Assembly (NCBI GenBank): GCA_963675365.2
Contig: CAXXVA010000002.1
Location: 109,899 to 173,898 of the forward strand
Length of the DNA: 64,000 nt
Direction: 5' to 3'
Origin: Candidatus Limiplasma sp.
GTDB lineage: Bacteria > Bacillota > Clostridia > Christensenellales > Aristaeellaceae
Positions 53,412-62,689 of this stretch are shown here, one piece after another. A program made the translations under genes and the position numbers. The number at the start of each line of letters is the position of its first letter. Positions within the stretch are counted from its first letter, which is position 1. The notes under the pieces are model-generated. The model saw nothing but the letters and a program-made list of their open reading frames with translations. It made no database searches and had not been told where the DNA came from.

Positions 53412-54505
53412 ACGTTAAAGCGAATGAGAGTGACGTCGCCGTCCTTCATGATATAGTCCTTGCCCTCGCTGCGCACCAGGCCCTTTTCCTTGCAGGCGGC
53501 CATGCTGCCCTGCTCGATCAGCTGCTCGTAGGGCACGACCTCCGCGCGGATGAACCCGCGTTCGAGGTCGGTATGGATTTTGCCCGCGGCCTGCGGAGCC
53601 TTGGTGCCGTTTTCGATCGTCCAGGCGCGGCACTCGTCCTCGCCGACGGTGAAAAACGAAATCAGACCTAAAAGCCGGTAGCTCGCGCGGATCAGCCGGT
53701 CCAGCCCGCTCTGGCCGATGCCCAGGTCGTCCAGGAACATCTGTTTTTCTTCGGCGTCCATCTGGCCGATCTCTTCCTCAATGCGCGCGGAAATGGTGAA
53801 CACCTCCGCGCCTTCTCTGACGGCGATTTCCTGCACGCGCCTGACCAGCGGCAGCTCGGCGATCTCCTTGCCGATATCGTCTTCGGATATGTTGGCGGCG
53901 TAGATCACGGGCTTGTCGGTGAGCAGAAACCAGCCGCGCAGGACCTCTTTTTCGTCGTCGCTGACCTGAAAGGTGCGCGCGGGCTTGTCGCTTTCCAGAT
54001 GGGCAAGCAGACGCCTGCCCAGATCGGCTTCGGCGGCGTATTTCTTTTCCCCGGTCCTCACCAGTTTTTCGGCTTTTTCGGTGCGTTTTTGCACGGTTTC
54101 CAGATCGGCAAAGATCAGCTCCAGATTGATTTCTTCAATATCGCGGGCGGAATCCACCGAGCCGTCGACGTGGATGACGTTCTCGTCTGCAAAGCAGCGC
54201 ACCACGTGCACGATGGCGTCCACCTCGCGGATGTGGGACAAAAACTTGTTGCCCAGCCCCTCGCCCTTGCTCGCGCCCTTCACCAGTCCGGCGATATCCA
54301 CGAAGGTCACCGAGGCGTACACCCGGCTTTTGGGGTTGTACATTTGGATCAGCTTGTCAAGCCGCTTGTCCGGCACGGGCACGATGCCCGTATTGGGCTC
54401 GATGGTGCAAAACGGGTAGTTGGCCGCCTGCGCTCCCGCCTTGGTGATGGCGTTGAACAGCGTCGATTTTCCCACGTTCGGCAGCCCTACGATTCCCAGT
54501 TTCAT
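53408..54505 (-). CDS. ychF: Ribosome-binding ATPase YchF
   Basis: GIVGLPNVGKSTLFNA, DIAGLVKGAS, and a C-terminal TGS-like domain. 365 aa. Confidence 0.95.
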   Translation of the reverse strand: MKLGIVGLPNVGKSTLFNAITKAGAQAANYPFCTIEPNTGIVPVPDKRLDKLIQMYNPKSRVYASVTFVDIAGLVKGASKGEGLGNKFLSHIREVDAIVHVVRCFADENVIHVDGSVDSARDIEEINLELIFADLETVQKRTEKAEKLVRTGEKKYAAEADLGRRLLAHLESDKPARTFQVSDDEKEVLRGWFLLTDKPVIYAANISEDDIGKEIAELPLVRRVQEIAVREGAEVFTISARIEEEIGQMDAEEKQMFLDDLGIGQSGLDRLIRASYRLLGLISFFTVGEDECRAWTIENGTKAPQAAGKIHTDLERGFIRAEVVPYEQLIEQGSMAACKEKGLVRSEGKDYIMKDGDVTLIRFNV

Positions 54506-54585
54506 GATTGCTATACCTCAACTATTCAGCAGTCTTTCGACCACCAATTATACGGGATTATAAGGGCTTTTGCAATTCGGACCGG

Positions 54586-56382
54586 TCAGTCCTCTAAATA
54601 GCTGTATTGCGCTTCCACCAGCGTACGGTAATGACCGCCGGGGATGTTCATCAGTTCGTCGTGGGTGCCGGCTTCGGCGATGCCGCCGTTCTGTACGACC
54701 ATAATGCGGTCCGCCTGGCGGATGGTGGACAGCCGGTGCGCGATCACAAAGCTGGTACGGCCTTTTAAGAGCACGCCAAGCGCTTCCTGGATCAGCATTT
54801 CGGTGCGCGTATCGATGGAGGAGGTCGCTTCGTCCAATATCAGGATGCGCGGGTCGTTTAACAGCGCGCGGGCGAAGGAGATCAGCTGCTTCTGTCCGGT
54901 GGACAGGCTCGCCCCGCGCTCGCCCATTTCGGTTTGATAGCCGTGCCGCAGGCTCATGATGAAATCATGCACGCGCACGGCCTTGCACACGGCGATCACC
55001 TCGTCCTCGGTGGCGTCCAGCCGCCCGTAGCGGACGTTATCCAGTATCGTGCCTGAAAAGATAAAGCTGTCCTGCATCATCACGGACATCTGCCGTCTGA
55101 GCGATTGCAGCTTCACGTCGCGCACGTCGTGCCCGTCAATCCGTATCGCGCCGCCGGTTACGTCGTAAAAGCGGCTGATAAGGCTGACGATGGTACTCTT
55201 GCCCGCGCCCGTCGGCCCGACCAGCGCGATGGTCTGCCCCGGCTCTACGGTGAAGCTGACGTCTTTGAGCACGGGCTGTTTTTTGTCGTAGCTGAAATCC
55301 ACACGGTCGAACGCAATTCGGCCCTCGATGGGCGGCAGCTCCGGGATATCGTCCCGCTTGTCATACACCAGCGGTTTGGTATCCATGATCTCAAAAATCC
55401 GCTCGATGGACGCCATCGCCGCCAGAATATCGTTGTAAAAGGTGGATACGTTGTTAATCGGTTCCCAGAACCGCCCAAGGTACCACAATATCGCCAGCAG
55501 ATCGGCCAGCACCAGGCCGTCCACGCTGCCCGCCGGGCCCATGAAAATCAGGCCCGCGACGTACACGCCCGCCGTGCCGATCGCGCTTAAGGTATCGATG
55601 AACGGCCAGAACAGGTTGTTGATGCCCACGGCCTTCATCCAGCTCTTCTTGATGTCCATGTTGGTGTCGTCAAACAGCTCTTTGTTGCGCTTCTCGCGCA
55701 CGAAGGACTGGGTGACGCGCATCCCGGCCAGGCTTTCGTGCAGGTAGCCGTGCATGGTCGAGGTTTTCAGCCGCACGATCTGCCAGGCTTTGCGCATCCG
55801 GCGTCTGAGAAGCATGATGATAAGCCCCAGTATGGAAAGCGAACACAGCGCCACCAGCGTCAGCTTCCAGTTGAGCACGAACATGATGATCACCAGCAGC
55901 ACCAGCGTCAGGCAGTCCACCAAAACGTTTACGATGCCGTTGGTAAACAGGTTGTTGAGGCGGTTGACGTCGTTGATGACGCGCACCATGATCTTGCCCG
56001 CCGACCGGTTGTCAAAAAACGGCAGCGACAGCGACTGGATGTGATCGAACAGGTCCTGCCGCAGGGTGGCGATCGCCTTGCGGCCCGCGACGTTCATGTT
56101 GCGGATGCGCAGATGCAGGCAGAAGCCGCCCACCAGCACCGAGATCACCGTGCCCGCCAGCAGGAGCGGGATGGCCGCGTAATTGCCGTCCGTCAGCGCG
56201 CCCACGGCGCGGCTGAGCAGATAGGGGTTTATAAGGCTCGCGCCCGATACGACGACCATCAGCAGCAGCGAGACGATCATTTCTTTTTTATACGGTTTCA
56301 GGTATTGAAGCATCCGCAGGAACAGCCCTTTGTCAAACGGCGCTTCCATCACTTCGTCGTCCAGGTTGCGCAGGCGCGCCAT
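54586..56382 (-). CDS. ABC exporter, fused permease/ATPase (heterodimer partner 2)
   Basis: Six TM helices, then GPTGAGKSTIVSL, LSTGQKQLISFARA, ILILDEATSSID. Confidence 0.9.
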   Translation of the reverse strand: MARLRNLDDEVMEAPFDKGLFLRMLQYLKPYKKEMIVSLLLMVVVSGASLINPYLLSRAVGALTDGNYAAIPLLLAGTVISVLVGGFCLHLRIRNMNVAGRKAIATLRQDLFDHIQSLSLPFFDNRSAGKIMVRVINDVNRLNNLFTNGIVNVLVDCLTLVLLVIIMFVLNWKLTLVALCSLSILGLIIMLLRRRMRKAWQIVRLKTSTMHGYLHESLAGMRVTQSFVREKRNKELFDDTNMDIKKSWMKAVGINNLFWPFIDTLSAIGTAGVYVAGLIFMGPAGSVDGLVLADLLAILWYLGRFWEPINNVSTFYNDILAAMASIERIFEIMDTKPLVYDKRDDIPELPPIEGRIAFDRVDFSYDKKQPVLKDVSFTVEPGQTIALVGPTGAGKSTIVSLISRFYDVTGGAIRIDGHDVRDVKLQSLRRQMSVMMQDSFIFSGTILDNVRYGRLDATEDEVIAVCKAVRVHDFIMSLRHGYQTEMGERGASLSTGQKQLISFARALLNDPRILILDEATSSIDTRTEMLIQEALGVLLKGRTSFVIAHRLSTIRQADRIMVVQNGGIAEAGTHDELMNIPGGHYRTLVEAQYSYLED

Positions 56383-58169
56383 CAGGCTTCACCACCCTTC
56401 GGGGAGGCGGTAAAGTCGCGGGTCTGGTCGCGGAATAACTCGGCGTAGATACCGTTAAGCTGCAAAAGCTCCCGGTGCGTACCGCGCTCGGCGATGCGCC
56501 CGTCCTTGAGCATGATGATCTGGTCGGCCTTGCGCACCGAGGAAATGCGGTGCGCGATAATGAACGTGGTGCGCCCTTTGAGCACGCTTTGCAGCGCCGA
56601 TTGAATCTCGGCCTCGGTTTCCATGTCCACGGCGGAGGTCGCGTCGTCCAAAATGAGGATGCTGGGATCGTAGAGGATCGCCCGGGCCAGCGCCAGGCGC
56701 TGCTTCTGCCCGCCGGACAGGCCCAGCCCGCGCTCGCCGATGACCGTATCGTACCCGTGGGCGCTTTCCAGAATAAAATCCTCCGCCTGCGCGGCGCGCG
56801 CCGCGGCCTCCACCTGCGCCTGCGTGGCGTCCGGACGACCGAAGCGGATGTTTTCGGCAATGGTTTCGGAAAACAGGAAGGTTTCCTGCATCACCACGCC
56901 GATGCTGTTGCGCAAATCCTTCAGATCCTGCCTGCGCACGTCCACGCCGTCCACCTTCAGGCTGCCGTCGGCCACGTCGTAGTAGCGGCCAAGCAGCGTG
57001 ACCAGCGAGGTTTTGCCCATGCCTGTCGCGCCCATCACGGCGATCACCTGCCCTGGCTTGACGTGCAGGTCGATGTCCTTGAGCACGGTGGTATCGTTGT
57101 ACTGGAAGCTGAGGTCTTCAAAGTCCACGCGGCCTTCGCGGGTTTTCGGAGCCTCGGTCTCCTTGGGGTTTTTGATTTTTGAACCCAGGTTCATATAGTA
57201 GATCAGCTTCTCCGAGGATACAAAGCCGTTGGTCGCCATGTTAACGAACATCGCCACCTGCCGCATGGGGGCCATCAGCATCCACACAAAGCCCGCCGCG
57301 CCGACCAGTGTGCCGATGTCCAGCAGCCCCTGCTGCAGCATGATGGAGCCCGAGATCATCAGCACGGGAATGGCGAGGCGCGCGGTCGCGTCCAGCAGCG
57401 GTAGGTAAACGCTCCAGATTTTCGTGCCGCGCAGGTTGTAGTTGAGCACCTTCTGGTTTTCGATCTCAAACATCGCTTTTTCGTAGTCTTCCCGGGCAAA
57501 GGCTTTTACCAGGCGCACGCCGGCGATGTTTTCCTGCGTCCGGGTGTTCAGCACGGCGTTTTGCTCGCGCACGGCCACGTGCGCCGGGCGGATATTGTGG
57601 CGCAGCCGCCACGCCGCCAGGGCGATGAACGGGCTGAAGCACAGCATGATCAGCGTCAGCCGCCAGCTCATCAGGCTCATGCCGACGAGCGCGAGCACGA
57701 ACATCATCGCGTTTTCCACAATGCCCAGCACGCCGTTGACGATCAGCATGCGCACACCCTCGATATCGCCGGTCATCCGGCTCATGATTTCGCCGATGTG
57801 ATGGGTATCGTAAAACGCATAGGAGAACTTCTGCATATGGCCGTACAGGCCCGTACGCAGATCGTAGACTACGGACTGGGAGACGTCTTCGATCATCATG
57901 CCGCGGACGTACATCATCACACTGCGCACGGCGGTGACGCCGATCAGGATGCCGCAAAGCTGCAAAAGAAGGGCCATGTCGCGGCTTGGGAGCACGTCGT
58001 TGATCACCGCTTTTGTGATGTAGGGTACGATCATGCGCAGCGCCGTTAAAAAAACGATCAGAACTATGCAGGCAATCAGTTTGCCTTTGTAGGGTTTCAG
58101 CCACTGGAAGAATCGCCGGTAGGTATCCATTTCATCCTCCGGAAACAGGGTTGGAATCCACTGTTTCAA
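56382..58169 (-). CDS. ABC exporter, fused permease/ATPase (heterodimer partner 1)
   Basis: GATGMGKTSLVTL, LSGGQKQRLALARA, ILILDDATSAVD. Its stop overlaps the start of the downstream partner. Confidence 0.9.
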   Translation of the reverse strand: MKQWIPTLFPEDEMDTYRRFFQWLKPYKGKLIACIVLIVFLTALRMIVPYITKAVINDVLPSRDMALLLQLCGILIGVTAVRSVMMYVRGMMIEDVSQSVVYDLRTGLYGHMQKFSYAFYDTHHIGEIMSRMTGDIEGVRMLIVNGVLGIVENAMMFVLALVGMSLMSWRLTLIMLCFSPFIALAAWRLRHNIRPAHVAVREQNAVLNTRTQENIAGVRLVKAFAREDYEKAMFEIENQKVLNYNLRGTKIWSVYLPLLDATARLAIPVLMISGSIMLQQGLLDIGTLVGAAGFVWMLMAPMRQVAMFVNMATNGFVSSEKLIYYMNLGSKIKNPKETEAPKTREGRVDFEDLSFQYNDTTVLKDIDLHVKPGQVIAVMGATGMGKTSLVTLLGRYYDVADGSLKVDGVDVRRQDLKDLRNSIGVVMQETFLFSETIAENIRFGRPDATQAQVEAAARAAQAEDFILESAHGYDTVIGERGLGLSGGQKQRLALARAILYDPSILILDDATSAVDMETEAEIQSALQSVLKGRTTFIIAHRISSVRKADQIIMLKDGRIAERGTHRELLQLNGIYAELFRDQTRDFTASPKGGEA

Positions 58170-58326
58170 TAGGTGTTACCATACACCCATTCGCCGCGGA
58201 TGTAAAGGGTTACAAATGGGAAAATTGACAAAACCGGAAACGTTTCACGCGCCGCGCCGCCGGAAGGCGGGCATTGTCCAAAAACATGCCGTTGTGGTAT
58301 AGTCTCCTAGACGGGGAGGCGGTACC

Positions 58327-59667
58327 ATGGCACAGCTTAAGGATATGGCAATGGCGGAACTCTTATCGGAAGACGGGTATGTATGCTCCTGCGGGCACAC
58401 GCACCGCGCGGGGCTGAAGACGCTGCACATCGGCGGCGGCGCGCTGCGCTTTCTGCCGGAAACGGTCAGGCTGCTCGGGTGCATGAAGCCTTTCGTCTTC
58501 TGCGACGAAAACACCTACAAGGCCGCCGGGCCGCAGGTGGAGGCGGCGCTCAATGAGGCGGGCATCGCCTATACCCTGTTTCAATTCCCGCAGGCGTTTG
58601 TCGAGCCGGACGAGCATGCGGTCGCGCAGCTTGAGGCCGCGCTTAAAAAGGACTGCGACCTGATTTTGTCCATCGGCTCGGGCGTGATCACGGACTGCGG
58701 CAAGGTGCTTGCGCACGGCAGTGGGCTCAAGCACCTCGCGGTCGCCACCGCGCCGTCGATGGACGGGTACGCGTCCAACTCCTCCTCGATGATAGAACGC
58801 CGCGTCAAGGTGTCGGCGTACAACGCCTGCCCGCAGGCGATCCTCGCCGATACGGATATTTTAAAAGCCGCGCCCGGGCGCATGCTGCGGGCGGGGCTTG
58901 GAGACATGCTGGCCAAGTCCGTCGCGCAGTGCGAGTGGCGCATTTCCCATCTCGTCACCGGCGAGTACTACTGCGCGGAGGTTTCCGCGCTGATGCGCAA
59001 ATCACTTCAAAAAATCGTGGACGCCGCGCCTAAGCTGATGGAACGCGACGAAGCGGCGGTCGAGGCCGTGGCCGAGGGGCTGGTGCTCTCCGGCCTGGCG
59101 ATGGCTTTTGCCGAGATCTCGCGCCCGGCATCCGGGCTTGAGCATTACTTTTCGCACCTGTGGGAGATGTTTGCGCTGCAAGCGGGACAACCGCAGGAGC
59201 TGCACGGCATTCAGGTGGGCGTCGGCACGGTGCTGACGCTGGATATCCTGCGGCGCCTGCGTAAGCTGCGCCCGGACGAACAGAAGCTGGAACGCGCGAT
59301 CGCCGCGTTTGACCAAAGCGCATGGGAAAACGAAATCCGCCGGGTGTTCGGCAGCGCGGCGGAAACGCTGATCGAAAAGGAACATACCCTCTGGCATAAA
59401 AACGACCCCGACGCCCGCAGGGCGCGCTTCCTACGCATCCGCGATCACTGGGACGAGATTCTTACCATTATGGATGAGGAACTGCCCGACCTGGACGAAA
59501 CCGCCGCTCTGATGCGCTCCCTGGGTCTGCCCACCGCTCCGGCCGATATCGGCATCTCGCCGAGCGAGACACGCGACGCGTTCATCCACTCCCGTGACAT
59601 CCGCGACAAGTATTTGACCAGCTCGATGCTGTGGGATATGGGGATTCTCGACGAATTTTCTGTTTAA
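58327..59667 (+). CDS. Iron-containing alcohol dehydrogenase family, sn-glycerol-1-phosphate dehydrogenase (AraM/EgsA)-like
   Basis: 446 aa. GSGVITDCGK and HYFSHLWEM patterns. The family-level call is by overall resemblance only. Confidence 0.6.
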   Translation: MAQLKDMAMAELLSEDGYVCSCGHTHRAGLKTLHIGGGALRFLPETVRLLGCMKPFVFCDENTYKAAGPQVEAALNEAGIAYTLFQFPQAFVEPDEHAVAQLEAALKKDCDLILSIGSGVITDCGKVLAHGSGLKHLAVATAPSMDGYASNSSSMIERRVKVSAYNACPQAILADTDILKAAPGRMLRAGLGDMLAKSVAQCEWRISHLVTGEYYCAEVSALMRKSLQKIVDAAPKLMERDEAAVEAVAEGLVLSGLAMAFAEISRPASGLEHYFSHLWEMFALQAGQPQELHGIQVGVGTVLTLDILRRLRKLRPDEQKLERAIAAFDQSAWENEIRRVFGSAAETLIEKEHTLWHKNDPDARRARFLRIRDHWDEILTIMDEELPDLDETAALMRSLGLPTAPADIGISPSETRDAFIHSRDIRDKYLTSSMLWDMGILDEFSV

Positions 59668-59673
59668 GGACGG

Positions 59674-59807
59674 TTAGGGGTTTCACCCCTAAGAACCCGA
59701 CAAGGGCGTTGCCCTTGACCCACAAAAAAGGCCGCGCATTGCGCGGCCTTTTTAGACTGTTTCAATTGGTTTTTTTGCTCCTTTTCTGTTTCCGCAAAGA
59801 AAAGGAG
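59674..59807. terminator. Composite hairpin/terminator module (family C), copy 3
   Basis: TTAGGGGTTTCACCCCTAA (59674-59692) and CAAGGGCGTTGCCCTTG (59701-59717). Bidirectional terminator AAAAAAGGCCGCGCATTGCGCGGCCTTTTT (59724-59753). CTCCTTTTCT / AGAAAAGGAG hairpin (59778-59807). Confidence 0.8.
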
Positions 59808-59811
59808 GAGC

Positions 59812-61365
59812 TTATTCGATCGCCGTTAACAGCAGCAGTTCAAAATACGGGTAGGACTCGGTAACGGTCGTTTCGCCGTCGGCGGTCTGGCCCTCGTCGC
59901 CGGTTACGGACATACCTACGGATTTGCCGTACATCATCAGCCGCGCGCCGATATCGTAGGCGGGTTCCTCGTTGGCGATGACGAGAATAATGTCGGAATA
60001 GGTATCGCCGGATTTATGCAGCGCCATTTTGTAAATCCAGTCCTCGCCGGACTGCGTTACGTCCAGCAGGTAGCTTTTGTACACGATGGTCTGCCCGTCG
60101 TAGCGCGCGATATCCTGGATGAGCGTATCGTAATTGGGGCTGACGGCGTCGGCCTTGATGCGGTTGATCATATCCTCGGTGGTCCAGCTGCGTGAGAAAA
60201 CGAGGGTGATGCGGCGGTCCTCCAGACCCTTTTTGGAAAAGACCAGCAGCAGCTCGTACAGACCTTCGTCCTGGGTATCGATCTTGACGGTGAACTTGCC
60301 CTCGGCGGATACCTTTGTGGTGCCGACTGACTCGTCGTTGATGAACTCCTGTATTTCGGCCCGGGGTTCCGCCGTACCCAGAATGGTCAGGGAATCGGAG
60401 GTGATGGTCTCGGGAATCTCGGTTTGGATGTTCACGGCCAGCAGCGTGCGCGAATAGGTCGTCGGGGGGAACGCGATTTCCGCCACGATTTCCCCGGCGT
60501 ACTCGGCGGTCAGCGTCGTCATAAACACGCCCTCGCGCGGAAGCTCGACAGGGATTTTAAACTTGCCGCTTTTTGTGACTTCCACCTCGGTCAAGATGGG
60601 AGTGGCATAATTCAGCCCCATGGTCGTGGCGGTGAACTTCACGCCCTCGGCGGCCGTGCCGGAAATTTCAAAATCGGCCGCGTTGGTTTCCTGCGGGGGC
60701 TGGACAGCAATATTGATCTGCGCCTGCGCCTTGGCCGGCAGCGGCAGGATTTCCACAAACGTGAAGGTATTCCAGATCTTGTTGAGCGCCGTATTATCCT
60801 TGGTGGTCGGCTTGCGGTTGTAGACCTGCATATCGAAGGTGATCTCGTAACCGTTGCGGATCGTGCGGCGCATATAGCCGCGGTGGTCGATATCGCCGTA
60901 CTTGCGCATGATGTATTCCAAAATCAGAAACCGCCCGGCATCGACGTGCTTCCAGTTGGACGTGGAAAAGGTATAGCCGTCGGCGGTGTAGTCGTTATGC
61001 GGGTAGAAGCTGGTGCGGTAGGTGCCGCGGTAATCGCTGGTTTGCTCGTTGACGTCAAACACCAGCAGGGTATTCTCGTCCTGGGTTGCGGTCAGCTCAA
61101 ACCGCCGGTCGGTGTCCTCCTGATCCCAGGCCTGCAAAAGAACGCCGCGCGCGAGCATATCGTTGGCGACCTCTTCGGAGGTGAGGCCGTGCCCGGACAG
61201 CCATTCGGCATAGGTCGAAATATTGTCCGGCGTGATGACGATGTAGGTTTCCGGGATATCTACGGTTGCCATCAGCGTATCCAGCGCGTAGGTCTGCGCC
61301 AGGGCGACGCCGGATATGAAAAGAAGCGACAGCAGGAGCACTGTGCCGATCATCCATTTGCGCAT
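59812..61365 (-). CDS. Secreted hypothetical protein
   Basis: Start at MRKWMIGTVLLLSLLFISGVALAQ (signal peptide, ATG 61363-61365). 517 aa, beta-rich, no motif recognised. Confidence 0.7.
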   Translation of the reverse strand: MRKWMIGTVLLLSLLFISGVALAQTYALDTLMATVDIPETYIVITPDNISTYAEWLSGHGLTSEEVANDMLARGVLLQAWDQEDTDRRFELTATQDENTLLVFDVNEQTSDYRGTYRTSFYPHNDYTADGYTFSTSNWKHVDAGRFLILEYIMRKYGDIDHRGYMRRTIRNGYEITFDMQVYNRKPTTKDNTALNKIWNTFTFVEILPLPAKAQAQINIAVQPPQETNAADFEISGTAAEGVKFTATTMGLNYATPILTEVEVTKSGKFKIPVELPREGVFMTTLTAEYAGEIVAEIAFPPTTYSRTLLAVNIQTEIPETITSDSLTILGTAEPRAEIQEFINDESVGTTKVSAEGKFTVKIDTQDEGLYELLLVFSKKGLEDRRITLVFSRSWTTEDMINRIKADAVSPNYDTLIQDIARYDGQTIVYKSYLLDVTQSGEDWIYKMALHKSGDTYSDIILVIANEEPAYDIGARLMMYGKSVGMSVTGDEGQTADGETTVTESYPYFELLLLTAIE

Positions 61366-61508
61366 ATTGCACCTTCCTTTGGGGCGTGGGTCATGCAACG
61401 TTTCAATCTGCCCTATCTTACCATAAAACGCCGGAAATACGCAACAAAACAAGCGTTCCGGCGCGGGATTATTACATTTTGAAAGACGGGCGAAACGCTG
61501 CGGCCGGT

Positions 61509-62513
61509 TCAGCCGCTGCCGTGATCAAAATCCTCCGCGGGCATATAGCCGGCAATGCCGTCGCCGGTCACGACGTGCACCCAATCGTCGCCCGCGAGGC
61601 CGATCACGGTGATGTACTCACGCCCCGATCCGCGGTCGTACGATATCCCCGCGAGCGCGCTTTCGCCGTCCGGGGCTGTGTAAATGTTCAGCGGCTGCCC
61701 GGCGAGCGATTCCCGGACGAACAGCGCCGGAAACGCGGAAACGACGGTTAGCATATCGTCGCTGGCGGCAAGGTATGCTTTCATCATGTAGCCCTCCGTG
61801 CCCGCGACGGTGACGCGTACCCAGTCGCCGAGGTCCTCCTCGATCTTCACAGGCGTTCCGTTGTAGTACTTGCCTTTGGAGACGGCGCTTGTGTTCGGCT
61901 CGGCGCGCAGGTGCAGGCGGTCGGCGGGGTCCGGGTTGTTCACCAGCGCGTACCCTTCTATGTTCAGGGTTTTGGCCGCGCTGTCCAGACCCGGCGGGTA
62001 TAGATTGGGGTCAAACGCGGAAAGCGCGGGGGAGGTGTTCTCCGCGTATAAAAGGCGGCCCGCCCCGGGGAAATTCTCAAAAAGCCAGTAGCGCGTACAC
62101 AGATACGTGCTCTGCCCCTGTACGTAGGTTAGTCGCCAAACGCCGTCCGCGTCCGGTTCGAAACCGTAGAGCAGCGCTTCGGAATACACAATGGTCACGG
62201 ACGCGTACCCCGCGAGGATCGAGGGCCCATCCCCGTTGATCTCCGGCAGGGGCGCGCTTCTCGATTGCAGCGCAAACCCGCCGCCGCCGGCCTTGTAGAC
62301 GCGAAGCGTCCGGCCGCCTTGGGCTTCGGTCAGAATATACCAATATCCGTCGCCGATGGACAGCGCCTGCACAAAGCCGGAGTGTTCCACCCCGGCCCGC
62401 AGCCCCCCCGGCAGCTCGTCCCACGGGATGTTTGCCGGTTCGTCCCACGCGGAGGCGGGCAGCGCGGACAGGCAGAGGAGTACGGCCAGGATGACGAAAA
62501 GCGCGCGTTTCAT
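61509..62513 (-). CDS. Secreted protein with bacterial SH3-like domain
   Basis: Signal peptide MKRALFVILAVLLCLSALPASA. SH3b-like LHLRAEPNTSAVSKGKYYNGTPVKIEEDLGDWVRVTVAGTEGYM. Confidence 0.65.
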   Translation of the reverse strand: MKRALFVILAVLLCLSALPASAWDEPANIPWDELPGGLRAGVEHSGFVQALSIGDGYWYILTEAQGGRTLRVYKAGGGGFALQSRSAPLPEINGDGPSILAGYASVTIVYSEALLYGFEPDADGVWRLTYVQGQSTYLCTRYWLFENFPGAGRLLYAENTSPALSAFDPNLYPPGLDSAAKTLNIEGYALVNNPDPADRLHLRAEPNTSAVSKGKYYNGTPVKIEEDLGDWVRVTVAGTEGYMMKAYLAASDDMLTVVSAFPALFVRESLAGQPLNIYTAPDGESALAGISYDRGSGREYITVIGLAGDDWVHVVTGDGIAGYMPAEDFDHGSG

Positions 62514-62689
62514 GCGTAAGCCCCGTTTCTAATGTTGTTTGCTTCCGGCTATTTAACGCCCGCGATTGCCAATTCCCTGCATGGCCGGGACATTTGTTTG
62601 AAAAGAGATTTCGGCGCGCTTGCGGTTGCCGCGTCTATACCGGATATGATATACTTGGCGCACACAAACAAGCAAAAGGGGGCGGGGGA